NCBI GenBank assembly: GCA_032718475.1
Contig: JAUCBJ010008823.1
Span: 1-64,000 of the forward strand
Reading direction: 5' to 3'
DNA length: 64,000 nucleotides
From: Nemertoderma westbladi
Taxonomy: Eukaryota; Animalia; Xenacoelomorpha
The notes beneath the pieces were generated by a model, which ran no database searches, had not been told where the DNA came from, and saw nothing but the letters and a program-made list of their open reading frames with translations. A program made the position numbers and the translations under genes. Of the stretch, positions 24,411 to 38,300 are shown in pieces (positions within the stretch are counted from its first letter, which is position 1; every line of letters starts with the position of its first letter).

Positions 24411-26009
24411 TTAATTCTGCTTTATCCAAGGCTTGCATGGAGGGTGGGAGGAGTTTACATATTGATTGCGATTGATATTTGATTGGGGATTAGATTGTCT
24501 TTTAGTTTTTTGGTTTTGTTGTCTTATAGACGGTCTTCTTACAGCCAGCTTGCTGGCTTTCTAGTGTATAATTATATAAATATTTCTACCGCAATCAATT
24601 TATGACAACTCTCAATCGTGATGTAATTAATAATAAGGGCTTTGCTTATATTAATGGTCTGAAATATCGCCATATATTAATTATTTAGTAAATCAGAGGT
24701 AAGACAACACACGAATCTAATACAATTGTCCAGATTATCACTAATCTTAATTGTAGAGACCCACCTTGTTATGGCGCGTGTAAAACCTTCTTGATTTCGT
24801 AATATCGGCGATATATTAAACAAATAAGAGAGTAAATTGAGTTTAACGACAGAATATCAATTAATAATATTAAAATGTTAACGACAAAGATACAAAGCTT
24901 ACATAAAGGCATGTAATAAACACTGATCGTCAGTAATCTGATCAGTGTGTCTAAGGACCTGCATGGGAAGCAACTCTTCTGCAGGACACAAAGTAAACAA
25001 GTGGATAAATGGCCAACCAGCGAACATTATATACTAGGTTCACTTAATACAATAATTTGGACCAATAAGACATCACGTATCTCATTGAGGCTTAACAGGC
25101 TCAATAAATCAGTTCGAATATGGGTATAATAGCACTAGGTGGCGTAAGAACCCTTACTAAAGAATAATTCAATAGAAATAATTAATATGACACCGCAACT
25201 GGTCCTTTATCAATAAAAATATAGTTTTTGAATAAAATTGGTAAAATAAGTAATTTAAAGGCAGAATTTATGACTTCAGCAACATGTTGAGTGAAAATAT
25301 AAAAGTAGGGAATTTCAATTTAGTGATGAAAAACTTATTGGTGCAAACTGAGAAAATGGATTTTACATACAGAAGAGAGACATGAAATTCAGCCATAAAT
25401 ACTGTTGTTCATGTTTATTCAAATAAGATGTGCATTTTTGGTCTCTGCTGTTCTTATCCCTTTGGTAATTGTTTTAATTTTTCATATTAATTAATGAAAA
25501 TATTGTAAATTGCCAAAAATTTTCCAAAAAGGTTTTAAAAATTTGAATAATTTTTTATATATAGAAAAAGTAAATATAAATTTTTTAAAAATTTCCAATT
25601 TCAAAAGTATTGTATTCTTTTGAAAAAGCATTCGATATTGAAACTTATCTCACAACATGGAAGTCCGTTATCAATTTTCAAAAATTTCACTTATTGAATG
25701 TTTTTTGAGATAAAAGTTTTTTTTCACATAAGGAGATTATCGCAAATCCATCTCGGCAAATTAATTATGTTAATTTTCAATTAGGGGAAAGCCGCAGATT
25801 ACTATAGTACGATATTCTAACCAAAACCAAAAAATGTAATATATCATCTTACAGAGTTTCATTTTTGAGAGTAATCAGATGTTATTTACATAGATTTTCG
25901 ACTGCAGATGGATGTATGATTGTGTCGAAAATCCCCATCACAGCACAGCTATCTTTAAAATAAATCATTTATTAATAATTTACCAATTTATTGCTGATTA
26001 TTTATTTAG

Positions 26010-26368
26010 ATTCAGTTTGGATCCTCCGTCTATTAAGACAAAAGGCTACCGACAGTGGCTGGACGCCTTACGGGCGATGGCTCGGTTACCCCACGGTCTA
26101 CCCGGCCAATGGAGGAAGACCATATGGTTGAAGTTAGCTGAGAGTCACATAGTAGCCAGCGAGATCGACTGGCCTCGGTGTGTGCGGATCGCATTCAATG
26201 ACCGGAGTAATCCAGACGACGATAAACTTGGATCCCAAATCGTAAAAGATCTCCATCGGACTGGCTGCGCGGGTTTCTGTGAGGAAGATGATGAACAGAA
26301 CAGAGCGCTACTTAAACGGGTTCTATTGGCCTACGCTAGGTGGAACAAAATCATTGGATATTGCCAAG
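26010..26368 (+). CDS. TBC1D30: TBC1 domain family member 30-like Rab-GAP, internal exon
   Basis: TTTAG acceptor; FSLDPP...QWLDALRAMARLP.G.P..WRK.IW...IVKDLHRTGC...LKRVLLAYARWNK.IGYCQG (IxxDxxR and YxQ fingers); donor CAAG|GTAAGT at 26369. Confidence 0.93.
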
Positions 26369-29300
26369 GTAAGTGAGTTCTTTTAGTTGACGCTAGGTGG
26401 AACAAAATCATTGGATATTGCCAAGGAAAGTGAGTTCTTTTAGTTGACGCTAGGTGGAACAAAATCATTGGATATTGCCAAGGTAAGTGAGTTCTTTTAG
26501 TTGACGCTAGGTGGAACAAAATCATTGGATATTGCCAAGGTAAGTGAGTTCTTTTAGTTGACGCTAGGTGGAACAAAATCATTGGATATTGCCAAGGTAA
26601 GTGAGTTCTTTTAGTTGACGCTAGGTGAAACAAAATCATTGGATATTGCCAAGGTAAGTGAGTTCTTTTAGTTGACGCTAGGTGGAACAAAATCATTGGA
26701 TATTGCCAAGGTAAGTGAGTTCTTTTAGTTGACGCTAGGTGAAACAAAATCATTGGATATTGCCAAGGTAAGTGAGTTCTTTTAGTTGACGCTAGGTGGA
26801 ACAAAATCATTGGATATTGCCAAGGAAAGTGAGTTCTTTTAGTTGACGCTAGGTGGAACAAAATCATTGGATATTGCCAAGGTAAGTGAGTTCTTTTAGT
26901 TGACGCTAGGTGGAACAAAATCATTGGATATTGCCAAGGTAAGTGAGTTCTTTTAGTTGACGCTAGGTGGAACAAAATCATTGGATATTGCCAAGGAAAG
27001 TGAGTTCTTTTAGTTGACGCTAGGTGGAACAAAATCATTGGATATTGCCAAGGTAAGTGAGTTCTTTTAGTTGACGCTAGGTGGAACAAAATCATTGGAT
27101 ATTGCCAAGGTAAGTGAGTTCTTTTAGTTGACGCTAGGTGGAACAAAATCATTGGATATTGCCAAGGTAAGTGAGTTCTTTTAGTTGACGCTAGGTGGAA
27201 CAAAATCATTGGATATTGCCAAGGAAAGTGAGTTCTTTTAGTTGACGCTAGGTGGAACAAAATCATTGGATATTGCCAAGGTAAGTGTGTTCTTTTAGTT
27301 GACGCTAGGTGGAACAAAATCATTGGATATTGCCAAGGTAAGTGAGTTCTTTTAGTTGACGCTAGGTGGAACAAAATCATTGGATATTGCCAAGGTAAGT
27401 GAGTTCTTTTAGTTGACGCTAGGTGGAACAAAATCATTGGATATTGCCAAGGTAAGTGTGTTCTTTTAGTTGACGCTAGGTGGAACAAAATCATTGGATA
27501 TTGCCAAGGTAAGTGAGTTCTTTTAGTTGACGCTAGGTGGAACAAAATCATTGGATATTGCCAAGGTAAGTGAGTTCTTTTAGTTGACGCTAGGTGGAAC
27601 AAAATCATTGGATATTGCCAAGGAAAGTGAGTTCTTTTAGTTGACGCTAGGTGGAACAAAATCATTGGATATTGCCAAGGTAAGTGAGTTCTTTTAGTTG
27701 ACGCTAGGTGGAACAAAATCATTGCATATTGCCAAGGTAAGTGAGTTCTTTTAGTTGACGCTAGGTGGAACAAAATCATTGGATATTGCCAAGGAAAGTG
27801 AGTTCTTTTAGTTGACGCTAGGTGGAACAAAATCATTGGATATTGCCAAGGTAAGTGAGTTCTTTTAGTTGACGCTAGGTGGAACAAAATCATTGGATAT
27901 TGCCAAGGTAAGTGAGTTCTTTTAGTTGACGCTAGGTGTAACAAAATCATTGGATATTGCCAAGGTAAGTGAGTTCTTTTAGTTGACGCTAGGTGGAACA
28001 AAATCATTGGATATTGCCAAGGTAAGTGAGTTCTTTTAGTTGACGCTAGGTGGAACAAAATCATTGGATATTGCCAAGGTAAGTGAGTTCTTTTAGTTGA
28101 CGCTAGGTGGAACAAAATTATTGGATATTGCCAAGGTAAGTGAGTTCTTTTAGTTGACGCTAGGTGGAACAAAATCATTGGATATTGCCAAGGTAAGTGA
28201 GTTCTTTTAGTTGACGCTAGTTGGAACAAAATCATTGGATATTGCCAAGATAAGTGAGTTATTTTAGTTGACGCTAGGTGGAATAAAATCATCGGATATT
28301 GCCAAGGTAAGTGTGTTCTTTTAGTTGACGCTAGGTGGAACAAAATCATTGGATATTGCCAAGGTAAGTGAGTTCTTTTAGTTGACGCTAGGTGGAACAA
28401 AATCATTGGATATTGCCAAGGAAAGTGAGTTCTTTTAGTTGACGCTAGGTGGAACAAAATCATCGGATATTGCCAAGGAAAGTGAGTTCTTTTAGTTGAC
28501 GCTAGGTGGAACAAAATCATTGGATATTGCCAAGGTAAGTGAGTTCTCTTAGTTGACGCTAGGTGGAACAAAATCATTGGATATTGCCAAGGTAAGTGAG
28601 TTCTTTTAGTTGACGCTAGGTGGAACAAAATCGTTGGATAGTGCCAAGGTAAGTGAGTTCTTTTAGTTGACGCTAGGTGGAACAAAATCATTGGATATTG
28701 CCAAGGAAAGTGAGTTCTTTTATTTGACGCTAGGTGGAACAAAATCATTGGATATTGCCAAGGAAAGTGAGTTCTTTTAGTTGACGCTAGGTGGAACAAA
28801 ATCATTGGATATTGCCAAGGTAAGTGAGTTCTTTTAGTTGACGCTAGGTGGAACAAAATCATCGGATATTGCCAAGGTAAGTGAGTTCTTTTAGTTGACG
28901 CTAGGTGGAACAAAATCATTGGATAGTGCCAAGGTAAGTGAGTTCTTTTAGTTGACGCTAGGTGGAACAAAATCATTGGATATTGCCAAGGAAAGTGAGT
29001 TCTTTTAGTTGACGCTAGGTGGAACAAAATCATCGGATATTGCCAAGGAAAGTGAGTTCTTTTAGTTGACGCTAGGTGGAACAAAATCATTGGATATTGC
29101 CAAGGTAAGTGAGTTCTTTTAGTTGACGCTAGGTGGAACAAAATCATTGGATATTGCCAAGGAAAGTGAGTTCTTTTAGTTGACGCTAGGTGGAACAAAA
29201 TCATTGGATATTGCCAAGGTAAGTGAGTTCTTTTAGTTGACGCTAGGTGGAACAAAATCATTGGATAGTGCCAAGATAAGTGAGTTCTTTTAGTTGACGC

Positions 29301-32300
29301 TAGGTGGAACAAAATCATTGGATATTGCCAAGGAAAGTGAGTTCTTTTAGTTGACGCTAGGTGGAACAAAATCATCGGATATTGCCAAGGTAAGTGAGTT
29401 CTTTTAGTTGACGCTATGTGGAACAAAATCATTGGATATTGCCAAGGTAAGTGAGTTCTTTTAGTTGACGCTAGGTGGAACAAAATCATTGGATATTGCC
29501 AAGGAAAGTGAGTTCTTTTAGTTGACGCTAGGTGGAACAAAATCATTGGATAGTGCCAAGGTAAGTGAGTTCTTTTAGTTGACGCTAGGTGGAACAAAAT
29601 CATTGGATATTGCCAAGGAAAGTGAGTTCTTTTAGTTGACGCTAGGTGGAACAAAATCATTGGATATTGCCAAGGAAAGTGAGTTCTTTTAGTTGACGCT
29701 AGGTGGAACAAAATCATTGGATATTGCCAAGGTAAGTGAGTTCTTTTAGTTGACGCTAGGTGGAACAAAATCATTGGATATTGCCAAGGAAAGTGAGTTC
29801 TTTTAGTTGACGCTAGTTGGAACAAAATCATTGGATATTGCCAAGGAAAGTGAGTTCTTTTAGTTGACGCTAGGTGGAACAAAATCATTGGATAGTGCCA
29901 AGGTAAGTGAGTTCTTTTAGTTCACGCTAGGTGGAACAAAATCATTGGTTATTGCCAAGGTAAGTGAGTTCTTTTAGTTGACGCTAGGTGGAACAAAATC
30001 ATTGGATATTGCCAAGGTAAGTGAGTTCTTTTAGTTGACGCTAGGTGGAACAAAATCATTGGATAGTGCCAAGGTAAGTGAGTTCTTTTAGTTGACGCTA
30101 GGTGGAACAAAATCATTGGATATTGCCAAGATAAGTGAGTTCTTTTAGTTGACGCTAGGTGGAACAAAATCATTGGATATTGCCAAGGAAAGTGAGTTCT
30201 TTTAGTTGACGCTAGGTGGAACAAAATCATTGGATAGTGCCAAGGTAAGTGAGTTCTTTTAGTTGACGCTAGGTGGAACAAAATCATTGGATATTGCCAA
30301 GATAAGTGAGTTCTTTTAGTTGACGCTAGGTGGAACAAAATCATTGGATATTGCCAAGGAAAGTGAGTTCTTTTAGTTGACGCTAGGTGGAACAAAATCA
30401 TTGGATAGTGCCAAGGTAAGTGAGTTCTTTTAGTTGACGCTAGGTGGAACAAAATCATTGGATATTGCCAAGGAAAGTGAGTTCTTTTAGTTGACGCTAG
30501 GTGGAACAAAATCATTGGATAGTGCCAAGGTAAGTGAGTTCTTTTAGTTGACGCTAGGTGGAACAAAATCATTGGATATTGCCAAGGTAAGTGAGTTCTT
30601 TTAGTTGACGCTAGGTGGAACAAAATCATTGGATATTGCCAAGGTAAGTGAGTTCTTTTAGTTGACGCTAGGTGGAACAAAATCATTGGATATTGCCAAG
30701 GTAAGTGAGTTCTTTTAGTTGACGCTAGGTGGAACAAAATCATTGGATATTGCCAAGGTAAGTGAGTTCTTTTAGTTGACGCTAGGTGGAACAAAATCAT
30801 TGGATAGTGCCAAGGTAAGTGAGTTCTTTTAGTTGACGCTAGGTGGAACAAAATCATTGGATATTGCCAAGGTAAGTGAGTTCTTTTAGTTGACGCTAGG
30901 TGGAACAAAATCATTGGATAGTGCCAAGGTAAGTGAGTTCTTTTAGTTGACGCTAGGTGGAACAAAATCATTGGATATTGCCAAGGTAAGTGAGTTCTTT
31001 TAGTTGACGCTAGGTGGAACAAAATCATTGGATATTGCCAAGGTAAGTGAGTTCTTTTAGTTGACGCTAGGTGGAACAAAATCATTGGATATTGCCAAGG
31101 TAAGTGAGTTCTTTTAGTTGACGCTAGGTGGAACAAAATCATTGGATATTGCCAAGGTAAGTGAGTTCTTTTAGTTGACGCTAGGTGGAACAAAATCATT
31201 GGATAGTGCCAAGGTAAGTGAGTTATTTTAGTTGACGCTAGGTGGAACAAAATCATTGGATATTGCCAAGGAAAGTGAGTTCTTTTAGTTGACGCTAGGT
31301 GGAACAAAATCATCGGATATTGCCAAGGTAAGTGAGTTCTTTTAGTTGACGCTAGGTGGAACAAAATCATTGGATATTGCCAAGGTAAGTGAGTTCTTTT
31401 AGTTGACGCTAGGTGGAACAAAATCATTGGATATTGCCAAGGAAAGTGAGTTCTTTTAGTTGACGCTAGGTGGAACAAAATCATTGGATATTGCCAAGGT
31501 AAGTGAGTTCTTTTAGTTGACGCTAGGTGGAACAAAATCATTGGATAGTGCCAAGGTAAGTGAGTTCTTTTAGTTGACGCTAGGTGGAACAAAATCATTG
31601 GATATTGCCAAGGTAAGTGAGTTCTTTTAGTTGACGCTAGGTGGAACAAAATCATTGGATAGTGCCAAGGTAAGTGAGTTCTTTTAGTTGACGCTAGGTG
31701 GAACAAAATCATTGGATATTGCCAAGGAAAGTGAGTTCTTTTAGTTGACGCTAGGTGGAACAAAATCATCGGATATTGCCAAGGTAAGTGAGTTCTTTTA
31801 GTTGACGCTAGGTGGAACAAAATCATTGGATATTGCCAAGGAAAGTGAGTTCTTTTAGTTGACGCTAGGTGGAACAAAATCATTGGATATTGCCAAGGTA
31901 AGTGAGTTCTTTTAGTTGACGCTAGGTGGAACAAAATCATTGGATATTGCCAAGGTAAGTGAGTTCTTTTAGTTGACGCTAGGTGGAACAAAATCATTGG
32001 ATAGTGCCAAGGTAAGTGAGTTCTTTTAGTTGACGCTAGGTGGAACAAAATCATTGGATATTGCCAAGGAAAGTGAGTTCTTTTAGTTGACGCTAGGTGG
32101 AACAAAATCATCGGATATTGCCAAGGTAAGTGAGTTCTTTTAGTTGACGCTAGGTGGAACAAAATCATTGGATATTGCCAAGGAAAGTGAGTTCTTTTAG
32201 TTGACGCTAGGTGGAACAAAATCATCGGATATTGCCAAGGTAAGTGAGTTCTTTTAGTTGACGCTAGGTGGAACAAAATCATTGGATATTGCCAAGGTAA

Positions 32301-35300
32301 GTGAGTTCTTTTAGTTGACGCTAGGTGGAACAAAATCATTGGATAGTGCCAAGGTAAGTGAGTTCTTTTAGTTGACGCTAGGTGGAACAAAATCATTGGA
32401 TATTGCCAAGGAAAGTGAGTTCTTTTAGTTGACGCTAGGTGGAACAAAATCATCGGATATTGCCAAGGTAAGTGAGTTCTTTTAGTTGACGCTAGGTGGA
32501 ACAAAATCATTGGATATTGCCAAGGAAAGTGAGTTCTTTTAGTTGACGCTAGGTGGAACAAAATCATTGGATATTGCCAAGGTAAGTGAGTTCTTTTAGT
32601 TGACGCTAGGTGGAACAAAATCATTGGATAGTGCCAAGGTAAGTGAGTTCTTTTAGTTGACGCTAGGTGGAACAAAATCATTGGATATTGCCAAGGTAAG
32701 TGAGTTCTTTTAGTTGACGCTAGGTGGAACAAAATCATTGGATAGTGCCAAGGTAAGTGAGTTCTTTTAGTTGACGCTAGGTGGAACAAAATCATTGGAT
32801 ATTGCCAAGGAAAGTGAGTTCTTTTAGTTGACGCTAGGTGGAACAAAATCATTGGATATTGCCAAGGAAAGTGAGTTCTTTTAGTTGACGCTAGGTGGAA
32901 CAAAATCATTGGATATTGCCAAGGTAAGTGAGTTCTTTTAGTTGACGCTAGGTGGAACAAAATCATTGGATATTGCCAAGGTAAGTGAGTTCTTTTAGTT
33001 GACGCTAGGTGGAACAAAATCATCGGATATTGCCAAGGTAAGTGAGTTCTTTTAGTTGACGCTAGGTGGAACAAAATCATTGGATAGTGCCAAGGTAAGT
33101 GAGTTCTTTTAGTTGACGCTAGGTGGAACAAAATCATTGGATATTGCCAAGGAAAGTGAGTTCTTTTAGTTGACGCTAGGTGGAACAAAATCATCGGATA
33201 TTGCCAAGGAAAGTGAGTTCTTTTAGTTGACGCTAGGTGGAACAAAATCATTGGATATTGCCAAGGTAAGTGAGTTCTTTTAGTTGACGCTAGGTGGAAC
33301 AAAATCATTGGATATTGCCAAGGAAAGTGAGTTCTTTTAGTTGACGCTAGGTGGAACAAAATCATTGGATATTGCCAAGGTAAGTGAGTTCTTTTAGTTG
33401 ACGCTAGGTGGAACAAAATCATTGGATAGTGCCAAGGTAAGTGAGTTCTTTTAGTTGACGCTAGGTGGAACAAAATCATTGGATATTGCCAAGGAAAGTG
33501 AGTTCTTTTAGTTGACGCTAGGTGGAACAAAATCATTGGATATTGCCAAGGTAAGTGAGTTCTTTTAGTTGACGCTAGGTGGAACAAAATCATTGGATAT
33601 TGCCAAGGTAAGTGAGTTCTTTTAGTTGACGCTAGGTGGAACAAAATCATTGGATATTGCCAAGGAAAGTGAGTTCTTTTAGTTGACGCTAGGTGGAACA
33701 AAATCATTGGATATTGCCAAGGTAAGTGAGTTCTTTTAGTTGACGCTAGGTGGAACAAAATCATTGGATATTGCCAAGGTAAGTGAGTTCTTTTAGTTGA
33801 CGCTAGGTGGAACAAAATCATTGGATATTGCCAAGGAAAGTGAGTTCTTTTAGTTGACGCTAGGTGGAACAAAATCATTGGATATTGCCAAGGTAAGTGA
33901 GTTCTTTTAGTTGACGCTAGGTGGAACAAAATCATTGGATATTGCCAAGGAAAGTGAGTTCTTTTAGTTGACGCTAGGTGGAACAAAATCATTGGATATT
34001 GCCAAGGAAAGTGAGTTCTTTTAGTTGACGCTAGGTGGAACAAAATCATTGGATAGTGCCAAGGTAAGTGAGTTCTTTTAGTTGACGCTAGGTGGAACAA
34101 AATCATTGGATATTGCCAAGGTAAGTGAGTTCTTTTAGTTGACGCTAGGTGGAACAAAATCATTGGATATTGCCAAGGTAAGTGAGTTCTTTTAGTTGAC
34201 GCTAGGTGGAACAAAATCATTGGATAGTGCCAAGGTAAGTGAGTTCTTTTAGTTGACGCTAGGTGGAACAAAATCATTGGATATTGCCAAGGATAAGTGA
34301 GTTCTTTTAGTTGACGCTAGGTGGAACAAAATCATTGGATATTGCCAAGGAAAGTGAGTTCTTTTAGTTGACGCTAGGTGGAACAAAATCATTGGATAGT
34401 GCCAAGGTAAGTGAGTTCTTTTAGTTGACGCTAGGTGGAACAAAATCATTGGATATTGCCAAGGTAAGTGAGTTCTTTTAGTTGACGCTAGGTGGAACAA
34501 AATCATTGGATATTGCCAAGGAAAGTGAGTTCTTTTAGTTGACGCTAGGTGGAACAAAATCATTGGATAGTGCCAAGGTAAGTGAGTTCTTTTAGTTGAC
34601 GCTAGGTGGAACAAAATCATTGGATATTGCCAAGGAAAGTGAGTTCTTTTAGTTGACGCTAGGTGGAACAAAATCATTGGATAGTGCCAAGGTAAGTGAG
34701 TTCTTTTAGTTGACGCTAGGTGGAACAAAATCATTGGATATTGCCAAGGTAAGTGAGTTCTTTTAGTTGACGCTAGGTGGAACAAAATCATTGGATATTG
34801 CCAAGGTAAGTGAGTTCTTTTAGTTGACGCTAGGTGGAACAAAATCATTGGATATTGCCAAGGTAAGTGAGTTCTTTTAGTTGACGCTAGGTGGAACAAA
34901 ATCATTGGATATTGCCAAGGTAAGTGAGTTCTTTTAGTTGACGCTAGGTGGAACAAAATCATTGGATAGTGCCAAGGTAAGTGAGTTCTTTTAGTTGACG
35001 CTAGGTGGAACAAAATCATTGGATATTGCCAAGGTAAGTGAGTTCTTTTAGTTGACGCTAGGTGGAACAAAATCATTGGATAGTGCCAAGGTAAGTGAGT
35101 TCTTTTAGTTGACGCTAGGTGGAACAAAATCATTGGATATTGCCAAGGTAAGTGAGTTCTTTTAGTTGACGCTAGGTGGAACAAAATCATTGGATATTGC
35201 CAAGGTAAGTGAGTTCTTTTAGTTGACGCTAGGTGGAACAAAATCATTGGATATTGCCAAGGTAAGTGAGTTCTTTTAGTTGACGCTAGGTGGAACAAAA

Positions 35301-38300
35301 TCATTGGATATTGCCAAGGTAAGTGAGTTCTTTTAGTTGACGCTAGGTGGAACAAAATCATTGGATAGTGCCAAGGTAAGTGAGTTCTTTTAGTTGACGC
35401 TAGGTGGAACAAAATCATTGGATATTGCCAAGGAAAGTGAGTTCTTTTAGTTGACGCTAGGTGGAACAAAATCATCGGATATTGCCAAGGTAAGTGAGTT
35501 CTTTTAGTTGACGCTAGGTGGAACAAAATCATTGGATATTGCCAAGGTAAGTGAGTTCTTTTAGTTGACGCTAGGTGGAACAAAATCATTGGATATTGCC
35601 AAGGAAAGTGAGTTCTTTTAGTTGACGCTAGGTGGAACAAAATCATTGGATATTGCCAAGGTAAGTGAGTTCTTTTAGTTGACGCTAGGTGGAACAAAAT
35701 CATTGGATATTGCCAAGGTAAGTGAGTTCTTTTAGTTGACGCTAGGTGGAACAAAATCATTGGATATTGCCAAGGTAAGTGAGTTCTTTTAGTTGACGCT
35801 AGGTGGAACAAAATCATTGGATAGTGCCAAGGTAAGTGAGTTCTTTTAGTTGACGCTAGGTGGAACAAAATCATTGGATATTGCCAAGGAAAGTGAGTTC
35901 TTTTAGTTGACGCTAGGTGGAACAAAATCATCGGATATTGCCAAGGTAAGTGAGTTCTTTTAGTTGACGCTAGGTGGAACAAAATCATTGGATATTGCCA
36001 AGGAAAGTGAGTTCTTTTAGTTGACGCTAGGTGGAACAAAATCATTGGATATTGCCAAGGTAAGTGAGTTCTTTTAGTTGACGCTAGGTGGAACAAAATC
36101 ATTGGATATTGCCAAGGTAAGTGAGTTCTTTTAGTTGACGCTAGGTGGAACAAAATCATTGGATAGTGCCAAGGTAAGTGAGTTCTTTTAGTTGACGCTA
36201 GGTGGAACAAAATCATTGGATATTGCCAAGGAAAGTGAGTTCTTTTAGTTGACGCTAGGTGGAACAAAATCATCGGATATTGCCAAGGTAAGTGAGTTCT
36301 TTTAGTTGACGCTAGGTGGAACAAAATCATTGGATATTGCCAAGGAAAGTGAGTTCTTTTAGTTGACGCTAGGTGGAACAAAATCATCGGATATTGCCAA
36401 GGTAAGTGAGTTCTTTTAGTTGACGCTAGGTGGAACAAAATCATTGGATATTGCCAAGGTAAGTGAGTTCTTTTAGTTGACGCTAGGTGGAACAAAATCA
36501 TTGGATAGTGCCAAGGTAAGTGAGTTATTTTAGTTGACGCTAGGTGGAACAAAATCATTGGATATTGCCAAGGAAAGTGAGTTCTTTTAGTTGACGCTAG
36601 GTGGAACAAAATCATCGGATATTGCCAAGGTAAGTGAGTTCTTTTAGTTGACGCTAGGTGGAACAAAATCATTGGATATTGCCAAGGAAAGTGAGTTCTT
36701 TTAGTTGACGCTAGGTGGAACAAAATCATTGGATATTGCCAAGGTAAGTGAGTTCTTTTAGTTGACGCTAGGTGGAACAAAATCATTGGATAGTGCCAAG
36801 GTAAGTGAGTTCTTTTAGTTGACGCTAGGTGGAACAAAATCATTGGATATTGCCAAGGTAAGTGAGTTCTTTTAGTTGACGCTAGGTGGAACAAAATCAT
36901 TGGATAGTGCCAAGGTAAGTGAGTTCTTTTAGTTGACGCTAGGTGGAACAAAATCATTGGATATTGCCAAGGAAAGTGAGTTCTTTTAGTTGACGCTAGG
37001 TGGAACAAAATCATCGGATATTGCCAAGGTAAGTGAGTTCTTTTAGTTGACGCTAGGTGGAACAAAATCATTGGATATTGCCAAGGAAAGTGAGTTCTTT
37101 TAGTTGACGCTAGGTGGAACAAAATCATCGGATATTGCCAAGGTAAGTGAGTTCTTTTAGTTGACGCTAGGTGAAACAAAATCATTGGATATTGCCAAGG
37201 TAAGTGAGTTCTTTTAGTTGACGCTAGGTGGAACAAAATCATTGGATATTGCCAAGGAAAGTGAGTTCTTTTAGTTGACGCTAGGTGAAACAAAATCATT
37301 GGATATTGCCAAGGTAAGTGAGTTCTTTTAGTTGACGCTAGGTGAAACAAAATTATTGGATATTGCCAAGGTAAGTGAGTTCTTTTAGTTGACGCTAGGT
37401 GAAACAAAATCATTGGATATTGCCAAGGTAAGTGAGATCTTTTAGTTGACGCTAGGTGGAACAAAATCATCGGATATTGCCAAGATAAGTGAGTTCTTTT
37501 AGTTGACGCTAGGTGGAACAAAATCATTGGATATTGCCAAGGTAAGTGAGTTCTTTTAGTTGACGCTAGGTGAAACAAAATCATTGGATATTGCCAAGGT
37601 AAGTGAGTTCTTTTAGTTGACGCTAGGTGGAACAAAATCATTGGATATTGCCAAGGTAAGTGAGTTCTTTTAGTTGACGCTAGGTGAAACAAAATCATTG
37701 GATATTGCCAAGGTAAGTGAGTTCTTTTAGTTGACGCTAGGTGAAACAAAATCATTGGATATTGCCAAGGTAAGTGAGTTCTTTTAGTTGACGCTAGGTG
37801 GAACAAAATCATTGGATATTGCCAAGGTAAGTGAGTTCTTTTAGTTGACGCTAGGTGAAACAAAATCATTGGATATTGCCAAGGTAAGTGAGTTCTTTTA
37901 GTTGACGCTAGGTGAAACAAAATCATTGGATATTGCCAAGGTAAGTGAGTTCTTTTAGTTGACGCTAGGTGGAACAATTTCATTGGATATTGCCAAGGTA
38001 AGTGAGTTCTTTTAGTTGACGCTAGGTGAAACAAAATCATTGGATATTGCCAAGGTAAGTGAGTTCTTTTAGTTGACGCTAGGTGGAACAAAATCATTGG
38101 ATATTGCCAAGGTAAGTGAGTTCTTTTAGTTGACGCTAGGTGGAACAAAATCATCGGATATTGCCAAGATAAGTGAGTTATTTTAGTTGACGCTAGGTGG
38201 AACAAAATAATTGGATATTGCCAAGGTAAGTGAGTTCTTTTAGTTGACGCTAGGTGGAACAAAATCATTGGATATTGCCAAGGTAAGTGAGTTCCTTTAG

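Larger units (their letters stand above)
6329..24415 (-). mobile_element. Inner Helentron/DINE-1-like non-autonomous element in the opposite orientation, host of the Polinton
   Basis: On the - strand it starts AAGGAGCCCGCTTGACAGCGGG (about 24412) with a GACT microsatellite and ends GGGCTCCTT-CC-AGCCAGCTTGCTGGCT-CT-CTAG at 6329; same hairpin as the outer element. Confidence 0.6.
5921..24564 (+). mobile_element. Outer Helentron/DINE-1-like non-autonomous element, interrupted by nested insertions
   Basis: Sub-terminal IR AGAAGACCGTC (5927-5937) / GACGGTCTTCT (24529-24539); GTCT/GTTT microsatellite near the 5' end; 3' hairpin AGCCAGC-TT-GCTGGCT followed by CTAG (24561-24564). Confidence 0.6.
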
